Of a stretch of 44,293 nucleotides of DNA, positions 1-10,509 are shown one piece after another. The DNA comes from an uncultured Gammaproteobacteria bacterium (lineage in GTDB: Bacteria; Patescibacteriota; Microgenomatia; Woykebacterales; RBG-16-39-9b). The stretch lies in contig CAYIWY010000007.1 of the NCBI GenBank assembly GCA_964367355.1, positions 37,961 through 82,253 on the forward strand. The letters are read 5' to 3'. Position 1 is the first letter of the stretch; every line of letters begins with the position of its first letter. The notes under the pieces were generated by a model that saw only the letters and a program-made list of their open reading frames with translations, was not told the origin of the DNA and did not search any database. A program made the translations under genes and the position numbers.

Positions 1-3000
1 GGTAAGAGATTACCGGCAGACCGTCGGTGCCGATGGCAATCGACGTGTAGTAGCCAACGCTGTTAGCATTAGCGATGGTGGTGGTGGTGCGGGAGACAGT
101 CGTGGTGAAAGGTGAGGTAGTTGGGTTAAGAACGACCCCAGAACTAATACCAGAGCTACAAGCTGAGAATTGGCTGCTTTGGAAAACACAATCCCAACCA
201 GTCCCGATGTTGATGGCAGTTTCGGTGGCGTTTCCTGGAGAGGTCAGAGCAGCTATGTTTATCCCATTTAGACTTCCAGCAGCCGGACCGGAAGTGGTTG
301 GTGCGACGATGTTGATCCCGTTCATTGTCCCACCGGTTACGATAGCGCCCGAGACTGGAATAGTTAGGCGGATACCATCAGCGGTTATAGCCCCAAGTGT
401 TTGGGTGATTTTAGGAAGATTAATATCAACACCGCGCCAGTCAATGACAGCAGACGCATTATTTACAGCTAAATCCCCAGCAGCAGAAAAGTTAAAGCCT
501 TTGAAGATGAAATCGTTGGAATTTGATTCGGTATAGGCAGGCGTTGACAAGGACACTCCGTTCCAAGTACAAGTAGTCAGGCTGAAACAAAAGGTAATAA
601 TTGGGGTATTAATCTGGATTACGTCTATTTGTTTGCTGCCGGTTGTGGCTCCTGAATTAAAAGTTGAATTAAGAGTAATACCTCTAGTGGCTTCAACCGT
701 GCCAACTCCAGCCGATGCGTCGGTAAAACTCAAAGTGACCAAGGAACTAGTAGCACTACTGAGATTGTTGTAACTGTAGCCGGATATATTAATAGCTGAT
801 TGAGTGGTTAAGCCGGTTTGTGTTCCGGTCATTGCCAATCCGGTATCCCAACCAGTCCCGATGTTGATGGCGGTTTTGGTGGTGGCGGATCCGGCAGAGT
901 TAGCGATATTAATCCCGTAGGAATTTGCACTGGCTGTTTGGCCGGAGATATTAATTCCGTAGGATGAAGAAGTCAATGCGTTGCCTTGATCAGTAATATC
1001 AACCCCAAAAGAAGTGGTAGGTGCGCCGGCTGTCCAAGTTGGAGCAATAAGACGAACTCCGTAACTGGCACCAACAGTTCCAGTATTACCACTTGTGGTA
1101 GAGTTTTTGATCCGGATACCTTCGAGTGTATTTGAGCCAGTACTTGTATTATGGTAGTTAGCTTGGAAAAGACCGCCAATTATACCACCAAGACTATTAT
1201 TGCTGTTTGCTGCATCAAAAGTTGCTGTGGCGGAAATTCCTCTTGCGCCTATGGTACCTGAAGCAGTGTTAGTTTGTGTTATATCAAACAAACCACCAAT
1301 AGAGTTTCCAGCTGCGACAGAAATCGATTCCTTAACCTCTAAAACTTCCGAAGTACTAATTGCCGAAGTTGCTCCGATGGCAGTATGGCCAACACCGTTA
1401 ACAGTAAAGTTTGGAGAAGCTATAGCATTGTCCCAACCAGTCCCGATGTTGATGGCGGTTTCAGTTCCGGCTCCACCACCGGTAATATTGCCGACATTGA
1501 TACCAGTTAGAGTTGTAGCTGCTGTAGCAGTAGCAGTGGAGGTGGGAATATTGAGCGAAGTTACATTAGTGATGACCCCAACGCCTGCGGCGGTTGAGAC
1601 TGTTGGCAACTGCAAACCACTCCAAGCACAGGCGTTGCTACTACCAGTGCAGAAACTAAAGGTAGGGGAGGCAACGTTGATGCCGTTTATTGTTTTGGTA
1701 CCCCCGCCAGTAGTAGCAGTGACATTGACATTTGAGACAATATTTATCCCATTGGTCGTAGTTGTTGCAGCTGTATCAAGTGAGGTAGCGTCGTTAATTT
1801 TAAGATCAACTAAACTGCCTGTTTGAGTAGCATTGTGGTTGTAGGTATTGTTGCCCGAGGCATTTAGAAAACCTCCAGTGGTTAAGGCAATGGGTGGCCC
1901 ACCCAAAGAAAGGGCTGATCCAGTTGTCAGGCCAGTGGCGCTAATATTGATAACTCCAGTGGTACTTACACTATTGGCAACAATGCCGATCGAATTGGTA
2001 TCGGCAGTATGTGTCAAAAGCAATGGGTTAACTAACGAGGCGCCAGTGTTGATTGAAGTTGCTCCGGTCGTGGCAACGGTGAAGTTGGCAAAAGTAATCA
2101 ATGAACTAGCTCCGGTACCTCTCAATACTAAGCTAGTATTGGTATTGGTGCTTTGGCCGATGATTATGGTATTGATAGTTGTGGTGAGTGCACCGGTAGC
2201 AATATTGACGTTTTGGGAAGCGGTTGAAGCGGCAGTGAAGAGGTTAAAGGTAGCTGTACCAGAAGTGTAAGCTGTGGTCCCAATATTTATTGTATCTCCA
2301 CCAACACCTCCACCAGTCGCAATATTGATTGTATCGGCACCAGTACCGGTACCGATATTAAAGGTTCTTGCTAAGGTTCCACCAGCCCCAATGTTGATCG
2401 CTGTGGCAGCAGTAGTTCCAATAGTAATCGTTGCGGCAGTTGTATTACCCAAATTAAGAACCCCAGCAGCAATGGTATCAAGACCATAACCAGCTCCGGA
2501 ATAATAGTTGCCATCAACCGATAGGTTGCCGACTCCAGAACCTGTGTTGATAATACTTAGAGTCGGAGTATTGAGGGCAGAGTTTCCAAAGCCAATTATT
2601 GGGTCAGTGTCGAGAAATTGAAGCTCATAATCCCAACCAGTGCCAATTTTGATGGCGGAGGCAGAGATTGTTCCAGCGGTTTCAGTTTGAGTCAAGTTAC
2701 CAATATTCAAGCCATTGATTGTTCCGGTATCTCCAGCCGCATTTTGAGTGGCGGTAAAAGCATCAATGTCGATAATATTGTAGGTTTCTGGTGTACTGAT
2801 AGCGGCTGTGTCGGAATAGGAAGGAGTAATGTCGATAACATTCCCAGAAGCAGCCGAGACCCCAAAGGTGAGCTGAAGGGCATCAACCCCGTCGGTAGCC
2901 GAAGATAAACCGCTGTCAGTAAACTTGACTAGATCGATGGTTGGGGCAACGGTTGCTGCGACTTGGAAGTTGGTTCCAGCGATTGTTTGGAAAATAATAC

Positions 3001-6000
3001 TACCGTCAGCAGCTGTCATAAGAACAGTTGCATCAGCACCAGCATCATTGTCGTAAGCTATTTGCAATGTCGTGGCCGTGACGCCAGCGTCAGTCTGACA
3101 AGAAAATAGATTGGTTGTGTCATCATAATGAAGTTTGCCAGTGACTGAGTTACAACCAGTCGGTAAGCCAGCACCAGAAACACCTTCACCAGAAGTATTT
3201 GAAAAGACAAGCTCGGCGTTGTTGACAGTAATCGTGTCTGGGGTTGCTGTCGAGTCAAAGACAAATCTACCCGCAGTTGAACCGAGACCGAACGATGTAG
3301 CGGTCGGAACTAACAAATCCCCACCACTTGGGGTGATGGTCAGATCTCCGGCTGAGTCTGTGGTCAGAGAAGTGTAGACTGTACCATCAGTGTAGGTAAG
3401 TCGAAGCTGCTCGGTGGTTGCAAGAACATCTAATTTTGCATCAGGACCGACAGTTCCAATACCAGTTCTTCCACCTGCATTTACATTTATATATGTGTTG
3501 GCAGCGATGTCTTGGATATAAAGGGCGACGCCACTGGTCTCCAGGTCAATATTGGTACTTAGATCGGTTCTAATTCGGAGGTAACTTGCGTCCGCCGGGT
3601 CGTCAACTTGAAGGTAGCCAGTAGTTACCCGGACCGAACCATTGACACTATTATCAATCGTCTCGCCGTTGGCCAAACTAATATCCGCTCCGGTACCGGA
3701 GTTACTTATATTGAGGACAGCTCCGGAGGCGGAAGCATAACTTTGGGTTAGCGACAGGACATTGGCAGTGTTAGTACAAACGTCATTACCAGCCCCAATA
3801 CTACAATTGTCTGTTATTGAGACGACGGGACTACTGACTGTCAGGGTAACCACTGGAGCTCCACCATCATTAATTGTTAAGCTGCGGGAAAGGTCAGCGA
3901 TATTTCCCGAGACCGTTTGAGCAGTAGTGTAGGTCGCAGTGTGGTCGCCCTGGATCAGGTCAGAAGAGGTCGCCAGCGTCGAGGAAGAGCTAAGATCAAG
4001 AGCATTTCCAGTGGTGAGCCCAGTTGCAGATAAACCTATTACATTGGTAGTTGTCGCAGCGGAAGCAACCGCCAAGGCTGTATCCCAGCCCGTGCCGATG
4101 TTGATGGCGGTTTCATTTCCCGCCCCAGGCGTGGAAAGGGTACCGATATTGATACCGTAAAGAGTATCACCTGCTTCAGATGCTCCAGAGGTAGCATCGA
4201 TCTTAAGGACAGAGTTGGTTCGGGTTCCGACAACCGCAACTTGGGTAAAGTTTAGTGAGGCGAGATTGACCGCATCGACATTGGTCCCAAAACCAGTGTT
4301 GGTAACTTGGAAAAGATCAACACTTTGGTCGGCGATAGAAGTGTCAACTTTCAAACCATAATCCTCAGCTTGGGCGGCGGTAAAGTGGATCTGATCATTG
4401 ACGAAAGAGGTGTCCTTTTTGATTTCCCCCGCAGAGGAGATGAACGGTGAGTTAGCCCCAGTGGCACAAGAGGCCCAAGTTGGTGCTCCAGTACCAGCAG
4501 TACCAGATTGCAAACAGAATCCAGCTCCACCAGCAACAGCAGTTAGCTCGAAACTATCTGAGTCAGAGTAAACAACTGCTCCGGCTGCTGCAGTAATATT
4601 TTTGTTAGTTCCACCAAGTGAAAGTGGCAACAACGAATTTACACTCCAAGTTCCAGCTGAAATTGAAGGAACTCCGGTTGAAGCACTAGTATTTATTCCA
4701 GTACCACCGTACTGAGCACCAACTGCAGTTGCATTCCAAGCTCCGGTAGTGATAACGCCGGTATTGGTAGTCACTACCAGACCGTTGAAACCGGTAGCTC
4801 CAGTAACTGCTCCAGCGGCTGAGATATTAATAGTAGGGCTGGTTAGGAAATTATTAAAACCAGTTCCGAAAGTTAGGCCGTTAAAGGTATTGCCAGCAAT
4901 TGGGGTGACGTTTGCAAATTGAATTCCGGTAACTGTGTTGGCTCCGGAAGTTGCTGTTCCCACAAGAGACAAACTTTGTCCAAAGACACCAATTGTTCCG
5001 GAAGCAGCTGAATTGGTTATTGAAAAAGTTTCACCGGAAGTTGAAGTTGTACCTGAGGAAAACACTTTTATTAGAGTTGAGTCAGCGTCCAGATTGATCG
5101 TTAAATCATTGGTAGCTGATGGGGTGAAGGTATTGTTGCCAGTGAAAGTGAAACCAAAAGTCTGGTCAACGGAAACCGCGTTGGCGGCCCGTGTGACGCC
5201 GTTGCTGAAGGTAAGCGGGTTTTCGTAATCGACTCCGGCAGCTGCAATTGAAAGCCTGCCGGTAGTTACAGCGGCTTTAACAAGACCACCAGCACTGAGA
5301 GATGAGAAATCAATGTTACCGGAAGAAACCACCCCAGTCGCGCCGCTGATAGCTCCTGTAGTAGAAATGTTGACCGTGCCATTGACATTAAAAGCATCAT
5401 CGGTCTTGAGAGTGTCGTTTGCAGAACGATATAGATTGACAGAGTTTGCATCGGTGCCAAACTGGATTCCCGAAGCCACCGTACTTGCTGTCCAAGTCCC
5501 ATCACAGTCAAAACACAGACCTACGGCAGTGGTTGAGGTAGTCTGCGGGTCGATGTAAAGACCAAAAGCATTTTCACCGGAAATCTGACCTTGATTACCA
5601 ATCCTCAATCCGTAAGAAGTCTGGGTTCCAGCCCCAGCTGCACCAGCAATATCTTGGATCCTGATCCCGTAATTTTCATGAGTGCCACCCGCTCCAGCAG
5701 CGTTATTGGTGGCGGCAATGTTCAGTCCGGTTGTCACCGCTATACCAGATACCGAGGTAGAACCATTGCTAAAGGTTAGGTTAACAAGATTACCAATTCC
5801 AGCAGCGGCGACGACAAAAGAAGGATCAGCGAGAGTGTTAACGTTACCGGTAGTGGTGGTCGAAGTCTTACTTGAAGTCCCGTAACCAGTAATTGATTCA
5901 GAACCAGAAGTCGCGGTTAAAGTTAAAGCTCCGGTAGTTTGAGTCAGACCATTGGAGGCAGTTAAGAGTCCAGCTGAGGTAACGGTTCCCGTACTTGAGG

Positions 6001-9000
6001 TGGAGATATTACCGCTGGTGGTGACATTGTCCCCGGCGGTTGAAGGTGTTATTGAGTTAGGACCAGTCGATCGGTTCCAGTAACCAACAATTCCAGTAGC
6101 AGCACAGGTTTGTCCGGAAACACAAATGGTTGCTGAACTAGCTGCTGCCAAGTCGGGTAAGTTAAATGTTTGGCTGCCGATAGTGAGATCGGAAGATGAA
6201 ATCGTCGCCGTAAAGGCAGCTGCACTTGTACTATTTGGTTTTAAGGCGATTGAGTCAGAATTGGCTGTGGTTGATGAAAAGAGTGCGGAGTTTGTTGTGG
6301 TTAAAGTAGCAGCAAAAGCGCCAGAACTTTGGGTGTAGCCAGTAACTCCAGACAAAGCCCCAGCAGTTGTTACGTTCAGGCCTCCTGAAGAAGTAAGTGC
6401 GAAAGTTCCCGAGGTATTACCAACCGAGATGGCGGAGGCATTAGTTGTCCCGATAGATATTGTACCTTTGGTCCCGGAAGTGACAGCGCCAACATCAAGG
6501 CTTAAATTCCCAGAATTTCCTGAGGTACCCCCACCAGCGCCAGTCAGGATCGATATTGTGCCGCCATTGCCAGACGCACCACCTGCACCTGAGCGTAAGT
6601 TTAGCGTCCCACCATTGCCAGAAGTGCTGCCAGCCCCCGCCCTAATAGTTAAAATACCTCCCAAGGCTGTGGCTGTAGTGGAATTGTCAACGGAGATGAC
6701 ATGATCTCGCTCCTTTTGGAAACCAATAGAAGAGCCAGTACCGACATTGCTGATCTGCAAGACATTCCCAGAAGCATTAACGTGAGATTGAGTTAAGGCT
6801 AATACGTTAGCAGAGTCGGTACAAACGTCGTTGGTACCAGTACTACAGTTGCTAGACAAAGAAGCGAGGGCACCAGTTAGGGTTAAAGTTACCGCTGAAG
6901 CTAAGCTATCATCTATAGTGAGGGAGCGGTTAAGGTTAATTAAGTTGGAATTGTTGGTATTGTTAGCGGTGTAAGTTGCGCTGTGATCTAATTCAGCTAA
7001 ATTGGTAGTGGTTCTCAGCCCTGTTGAAGAGAAGCGTGATTTTTGAGTAGCTGCCGCGTCAACAGTGAAATTTGCTGAAGTCAAGGTTATAGCTAAATCA
7101 CCTTTAGTGCTGAGGGCGCTGATGGTGTTACCTATCACATAGGTATCTTGCAGAGATTGACCTGCTCCGCCACCCCCGCCGCCCGCATCAGCTGAACAAG
7201 TCCAGCTGCCGGTGACTTTTTTCAGAATTAAGTCGTCAGAACAAGAAAGTAGACTCAAACCACCGGTAGTAGCGTTTGTGATTTTCTGCAAACCAGAGAA
7301 GCTGGCAGTCGCAGCTCCTCCAGTAGTGGCCAATCTAAAAGTTACGTTAGCAGTGTTTCCAACCGGTTCTGTAACATTAAAGACATCATCATTAAAATCT
7401 AATATAGATAGTGATGAGACCACAGGGACAGTTCTTAAACTGACTGAAGCAGCCCCGGCACCGGTGTTATCCGAGTTACACTCCCAACGGTCACTTGTTT
7501 CATTCCATTTAAGAATTTGACCAGTAGAACAGCCTTGCAATAGGGTAAGACCCGGCGCAAGAAGTTCCAGACCAGAGCCAGAAAAAGTTGTCGTAGATAG
7601 CCCATCAGTTGGGGATGGTAGAAGTATCCCCAAGCTAGCGCCTTCTGTTCCTGTTAGCGTTAGACCACCGCTGGCAGTAGCACTAGATACGTAGTTTCCA
7701 GTCGTATCAGTACCTAAGGCAACAGAATCAAGTGCAATAGTAAGAGCAGTAGTACCACCAGCGCCTAAAGTGGCGGTGACATCGCCGGTGAAAGTGTGGC
7801 CGGAGAGAATAATTGTGCCGGAGGCATCAGGTATTGTGATAGTTTTGTCTGTAGTTGTTGGGTCGGTGACGGCTATGTAGGTTTCGATCAAATTATCCGT
7901 TAACCCTTCAAAGATCAGACCAGACTGACCAAACTTTGCTTGGTTAGTCGTGAGTGTATGATCACTAGATAGGGCAGCGCTGGTATCAAAGCTCAACGTT
8001 ACCGCACCAGCCAAACCACCGCCGGTTAGACCAAGACCAGCAGCGACAGATGTGATGACACCAGAGACTTCAGTTTCATCAATACCCCCATCCAGGACAT
8101 TTAGTTCAGCAGAACTAATGGAAACACTGTTGGAAAGAATATCGTTAGCTCCGATATTAATGGCGTTAACAATACCGGCAGCAGATACATCAATCGCGTC
8201 AGTGATGGTACCAACAGTTGTAGTAAAAAGAATCCCATCAGTGTAGGCGAGGGCTACGTTGGCGTCAAAGGTTAGGTTATTTCCAAGGGCATCGCCTAAA
8301 TTAACTTTTAGGTTGCCGGTAGTAGTCAGCAGAGAAATAATTGGCCCCCCAGTATAGGCATCCTGCAAACTAGCAGCTCCGGTGTTGTCGTCAGAACAAC
8401 TAATGACACCGGACGCGTTGGCTGTTAATGCACCTCCGGCGGAGTTTCCAGTACAGTTAAATCCGGAAAAGGTGAGGTTGCCAGTGCCTTTATCTAAAGT
8501 AAGACCATTAGCAGAAACAGTACCGCCTTCATTCGTATCACCCAATACTAGATTTACATCGTTCGAGATCCCATCGTTGTCGTTTAGTGTCAAAGTCCCA
8601 GTGAGGGTACCGCCAGTTAGTGGGAGGTAGTTGGAAGCAGTAATTGTGTCTGGTATATCACCGTCCACTATTGCACTAACGGTAAATGTGCCACCGGCAG
8701 AACTTTGTCGAACAAATTGATTAGCACCACCAGTTGCTGAGAGATCAGCCCCAGTCCCACCATTTGCAAGAGCAACGATTCCAGTTACGTTACCAGCAGT
8801 AGTTGCCGTTGTTGATGTAGCAGCATTTCCATTAATATTAATAGAATAGGTTCCCGCAGAAAGAGCATTGGCAGTAATTGTTCCAGTACCTGTTGGTGAA
8901 AGTGTGCTGAGATTACCAACCTGTAAAGCTTGATTTGTATTAATTCCTGATGTAATTGTGGCGAAGGTTGGTGTCCCACCGGTCGTATCCGCTGCACAAG

Positions 9001-10162
9001 TTAAACTGTCGTTGATTGCCTGAACATAGAAACCAACTCCACAGTCAGCTGGGTAGTTATTCAGGGCTGCCCAGTCAACACTTCCCGAAGCATTGATAGT
9101 TAAAGTATCAGAAATATAGGTATCTGTTATAGACACAGCGGCCCAAGTACCGGAAGTTATGGTTCCTACAGTTGAGATTGAACCCTGGCCAGAGTAGTTG
9201 CTGGCGATATCAACCTGACTTCCAGAAACCGTTATTCGATTGGTTGTTCCATTTACTGAACCAGCCGTGGCCGAGATGACTGCGTTCTGCCCACCGCTAA
9301 TCGAAACATTGGTCCCCGCAGTCAGCGAGTAGATGACATTGCTGGCAGTCAATTTGCCGGTCCCAGCATCGACATCTGTGTTGGCGGTTGTGATCCCACC
9401 ACCAGCAGTTAAATGGGCCTTGATATTAGTCGGAACATTTATCCCCAGATAACCTAGCTCTGTTGTAGTTCCTAAGGCAGAGCCCGGAATTTGTAGAGAA
9501 GGTAAGCTGCTCTTATCAATCTGCGCAACCTGCTTCTTGTTATTATTTGAGGTATTTTGATACCCTAGCCAAGCAGCCAGACCAACTGCTAAAACTAAGA
9601 CAATAGCCCCGACGACACCGGATGCAACTAAAAATTTAGCCGTCGGGGTTTTGCTTCCCCTGAAGTATTTGAAACGATCAAGGCTTGAGACCTCATTACT
9701 CGTATTATCCAGACTAGCAATCGTCGGTTGCTCAACAGACGTATTAAAATTGCCGGGCATATTAATATCTGAAAGCCCAGATTCATTTTCAGTGGTCTGT
9801 GGCGGGAAAGTGCTTGCCGTAGCGGGAATTGAAGCTGGTATATTAATAATAGTTGGCTCAGATTCAATCCCGGAGAGGTCGATAGTTTGGCCGGTTACTT
9901 CCTTAATAATTGTTTGGATACTTTTGCCGGACTTTATGTCATTGTCAATCTCGACCAATTTATCGACAGTATTTATTGGCAAGGCACCGGCGGGTGGGAG
10001 ACCGTTAAAAGATTTACGCAGCGCTTTGGGAAGTAGACCTATTTTGATGTAGTAACGTAGGCGATTGTATGGGTCACCTTTGCCGAAGTTAACTCCCTTT
10101 AGCTTTGCTAAATTAATTACCTCGTCAAAGGATATTAGATTCTGAGTATTATCTTTGTTCAT
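1..10162 (-). CDS. Giant membrane-anchored tail-fibre-like surface protein, 3'-partial (at least 3387 codons, continues beyond the left edge of the window)
   Basis: Not in the supplied track, which lists only complete ORFs. I translated it by hand from ATG 10162-10160: MNKDNTQNLISFDEVINLAKLKGVNFGKGDPYNRLRYYIKIGLLPK... I checked every codon of this frame down to nt 2 and found no in-frame tta/cta/tca. The nearest upstream in-frame stop is at 10235-10237. All seven minus-strand ORFs the track reports in 1-10 kb are in another frame (end coordinate mod 3 = 0, versus 1 here). Domains by eye: MerR-like HTH (RLRYYIKIGLLP...VDKLVEIDNDIKSGKSIQTIIKEV) and one TM helix FLVASGVVGAIVLVLAVGLAAWLGY (about nt 9560-9634). 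These are followed by G/T/S/N/A-rich repeats with the tail-fibre motif DIPDTITASNYLPLTGGTLTG and five modules ending TAINIGTGWD. The last residues in the window read SVGYYTSIAIGTDGLPVISY. Confidence 0.9.
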   Translation of the reverse strand, partial: MNKDNTQNLISFDEVINLAKLKGVNFGKGDPYNRLRYYIKIGLLPKALRKSFNGLPPAGALPINTVDKLVEIDNDIKSGKSIQTIIKEVTGQTIDLSGIESEPTIINIPASIPATASTFPPQTTENESGLSDINMPGNFNTSVEQPTIASLDNTSNEVSSLDRFKYFRGSKTPTAKFLVASGVVGAIVLVLAVGLAAWLGYQNTSNNNKKQVAQIDKSSLPSLQIPGSALGTTTELGYLGINVPTNIKAHLTAGGGITTANTDVDAGTGKLTASNVIYSLTAGTNVSISGGQNAVISATAGSVNGTTNRITVSGSQVDIASNYSGQGSISTVGTITSGTWAAVSITDTYISDTLTINASGSVDWAALNNYPADCGVGFYVQAINDSLTCAADTTGGTPTFATITSGINTNQALQVGNLSTLSPTGTGTITANALSAGTYSININGNAATSTTATTAGNVTGIVALANGGTGADLSATGGANQFVRQSSAGGTFTVSAIVDGDIPDTITASNYLPLTGGTLTGTLTLNDNDGISNDVNLVLGDTNEGGTVSANGLTLDKGTGNLTFSGFNCTGNSAGGALTANASGVISCSDDNTGAASLQDAYTGGPIISLLTTTGNLKVNLGDALGNNLTFDANVALAYTDGILFTTTVGTITDAIDVSAAGIVNAINIGANDILSNSVSISSAELNVLDGGIDETEVSGVITSVAAGLGLTGGGLAGAVTLSFDTSAALSSDHTLTTNQAKFGQSGLIFEGLTDNLIETYIAVTDPTTTDKTITIPDASGTIILSGHTFTGDVTATLGAGGTTALTIALDSVALGTDTTGNYVSSATASGGLTLTGTEGASLGILLPSPTDGLSTTTFSGSGLELLAPGLTLLQGCSTGQILKWNETSDRWECNSDNTGAGAASVSLRTVPVVSSLSILDFNDDVFNVTEPVGNTANVTFRLATTGGAATASFSGLQKITNATTGGLSLLSCSDDLILKKVTGSWTCSADAGGGGGGAGQSLQDTYVIGNTISALSTKGDLAITLTSANFTVDAAATQKSRFSSTGLRTTTNLAELDHSATYTANNTNNSNLINLNRSLTIDDSLASAVTLTLTGALASLSSNCSTGTNDVCTDSANVLALTQSHVNASGNVLQISNVGTGSSIGFQKERDHVISVDNSTTATALGGILTIRAGAGSTSGNGGTLNLRSGAGGASGNGGTISILTGAGGGTSGNSGNLSLDVGAVTSGTKGTISIGTTNASAISVGNTSGTFALTSSGGLNVTTAGALSGVTGYTQSSGAFAATLTTTNSALFSSTTANSDSIALKPNSTSAAAFTATISSSDLTIGSQTFNLPDLAAASSATICVSGQTCAATGIVGYWNRSTGPNSITPSTAGDNVTTSGNISTSSTGTVTSAGLLTASNGLTQTTGALTLTATSGSESITGYGTSSKTSTTTTGNVNTLADPSFVVAAAGIGNLVNLTFSNGSTSVSGIAVTTGLNIAATNNAAGAGGTHENYGIRIQDIAGAAGAGTQTSYGLRIGNQGQISGENAFGLYIDPQTTSTTAVGLCFDCDGTWTASTVASGIQFGTDANSVNLYRSANDTLKTDDAFNVNGTVNISTTGAISGATGVVSSGNIDFSSLSAGGLVKAAVTTGRLSIAAAGVDYENPLTFSNGVTRAANAVSVDQTFGFTFTGNNTFTPSATNDLTINLDADSTLIKVFSSGTTSTSGETFSITNSAASGTIGVFGQSLSLVGTATSGANTVTGIQFANVTPIAGNTFNGLTFGTGFNNFLTSPTINISAAGAVTGATGFNGLVVTTNTGVITTGAWNATAVGAQYGGTGINTSASTGVPSISAGTWSVNSLLPLSLGGTNKNITAAAGAVVYSDSDSFELTAVAGGAGFCLQSGTAGTGAPTWASCATGANSPFISSAGEIKKDTSFVNDQIHFTAAQAEDYGLKVDTSIADQSVDLFQVTNTGFGTNVDAVNLASLNFTQVAVVGTRTNSVLKIDATSGASEAGDTLYGINIGTLSTPGAGNETAINIGTGWDTALAVASAATTTNVIGLSATGLTTGNALDLSSSSTLATSSDLIQGDHTATYTTAQTVSGNIADLSRSLTINDGGAPVVTLTVSSPVVSITDNCSIGAGNDVCTNTANVLSLTQSYASASGAVLNISNSGTGADISLANGETIDNSVNGSVRVTTGYLQVDDPADASYLRIRTDLSTNIDLETSGVALYIQDIAANTYINVNAGGRTGIGTVGPDAKLDVLATTEQLRLTYTDGTVYTSLTTDSAGDLTITPSGGDLLVPTATSFGLGSTAGRFVFDSTATPDTITVNNAELVFSNTSGEGVSGAGLPTGCNSVTGKLHYDDTTNLFSCQTDAGVTATTLQIAYDNDAGADATVLMTAADGSIIFQTIAGTNFQVAATVAPTIDLVKFTDSGLSSATDGVDALQLTFGVSAASGNVIDITPSYSDTAAISTPETYNIIDIDAFTATQNAAGDTGTINGLNIGNLTQTETAGTISASAIKIGTGWDYELQFLDTDPIIGFGNSALNTPTLSIINTGSGVGNLSVDGNYYSGAGYGLDTIAAGVLNLGNTTAATITIGTTAATAINIGAGGTLARTFNIGTGTGADTINIATGGGVGGDTINIGTTAYTSGTATFNLFTAASTASQNVNIATGALTTTINTIIIGQSTNTNTSLVLRGTGASSLITFANFTVATTGATSINTGASLVNPLLLTHTADTNSIGIVANSVSTTGVINISATGLTTGSALSLGGPPIALTTGGFLNASGNNTYNHNATQTGSLVDLKINDATSLDTAATTTTNGINIVSNVNVTATTGGGTKTINGINVASPTFSFCTGSSNACAWSGLQLPTVSTAAGVGVITNVTSLNIPTSTATATAATTLTGINVGNITGGGAGTETAINIGTGWDNAIASPNFTVNGVGHTAIGATSAISTSEVLEVKESISVAAGNSIGGLFDITQTNTASGTIGARGISATATFDAANSNNSLGGIIGGLFQANYHNTSTGSNTLEGIRIKNSTTSGNTGTVGASYGVRLIAPTWTAGAPTTSFGVDITDQGNALTSSSYGINISGQTASANSYGINIANSAGSATTKTAINIGTGWDTGLAMTGTQTGLTTQSAINISGYSYNNLSSATSSLVTLSFTDASAGVGTVEATRGITLNSTFNSGATTGSKQIDVIQINTPIITFCFSLTTCTWNGVSLSTPAYTESNSNDFIFKGFNFSAAGDLAVNNASAVIDWRGVDINLPKITQTLGAITADGIRLTIPVSGAIVTGGTMNGINIVAPTTSGPAAGSLNGINIAALTSPGNATETAINIGTGWDCVFQSSQFSACSSGISSGVVLNPTTSPFTTTVSRTTTTIANANSVGYYTSIAIGTDGLPVISY

Positions 10163-10435
10163 CGGCAGGCCTGCAACAGCCCAATGATAATTTGGTTTTT
10201 CCCCAAGATTGGTATTTTTAGGTAGGAAGAGTACCTATGAATTTACCCTTGAAAGACACTTTGGAAGAGAGAGTTGTGAAAAGTGTCAAGGGGTCAAATT
10301 GAGTAATTTAGCCCCTCCATCGCGGGAAATTCATTTACCATTACGGGAAATCCTATCTAAATTATGACACCATCCGAAAATTAATGTCAAGAGTAACTTA
10401 CCTTTCTATATAGGAAAAATAATTTCCATGGTAAA

Positions 10436-10509
10436 ATTTCTTTAGAATAACAACCTTTGACAGCAAAGGTTGCGCCAAACTGCCACCTGGCAGCGTAAGC
10501 TAAAGAAAT
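10436..10509 (+). other. Candidate three-way-junction RNA structure in the long leader of the atp-like operon
   Basis: atttctttag (10436-10445) pairs with ctaaagaaat (10500-10509). This encloses the hairpins aacctttg-acag-caaaggtt (10452-10471) and ctgcca-cc-tggcag (10480-10493). Confidence 0.3.

Noticed and set aside
544-554. ttgacaaggac inside the giant gene, matching the first 11 nt of the palindrome family in the orientation seen at 16528 (gacaaggac).
   Set aside because: The second arm is missing (no ccttg partner), so it cannot form the hairpin. It may be a decayed copy or chance, and is too weak to count as a seventh member.
191-4111. Possible diversity-generating retroelement template/variable repeats, given near-identical 30-nt blocks in a surface protein.
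   Set aside because: No reverse transcriptase gene is present in the window. The copies are in-frame module ends, and their mismatches are not restricted to adenine positions.
75-10052. About 30 short ORFs (60-208 aa) reported on both strands in the first 10 kb, for example 75..536+, 1200..1826+, 1848..2270+ and 9651..10052+.
   Set aside because: All lie in frames other than the single open minus-strand frame that spans the whole region. Their translations are low-complexity V/P/A-rich antisense or off-frame readings, with the recurrent SQPVPMLMAVS mirroring TAINIGTGWD. They are shadows of the giant gene.
1-10162. Idea that the lack of long ORFs in the track means an alternative genetic code (UGA or UAG reassignment) or a non-coding region.
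   Set aside because: The standard code gives one uninterrupted ORF on the minus strand, and the rest of the window also translates normally. The ORF is missing only because it lacks a stop codon inside the window.
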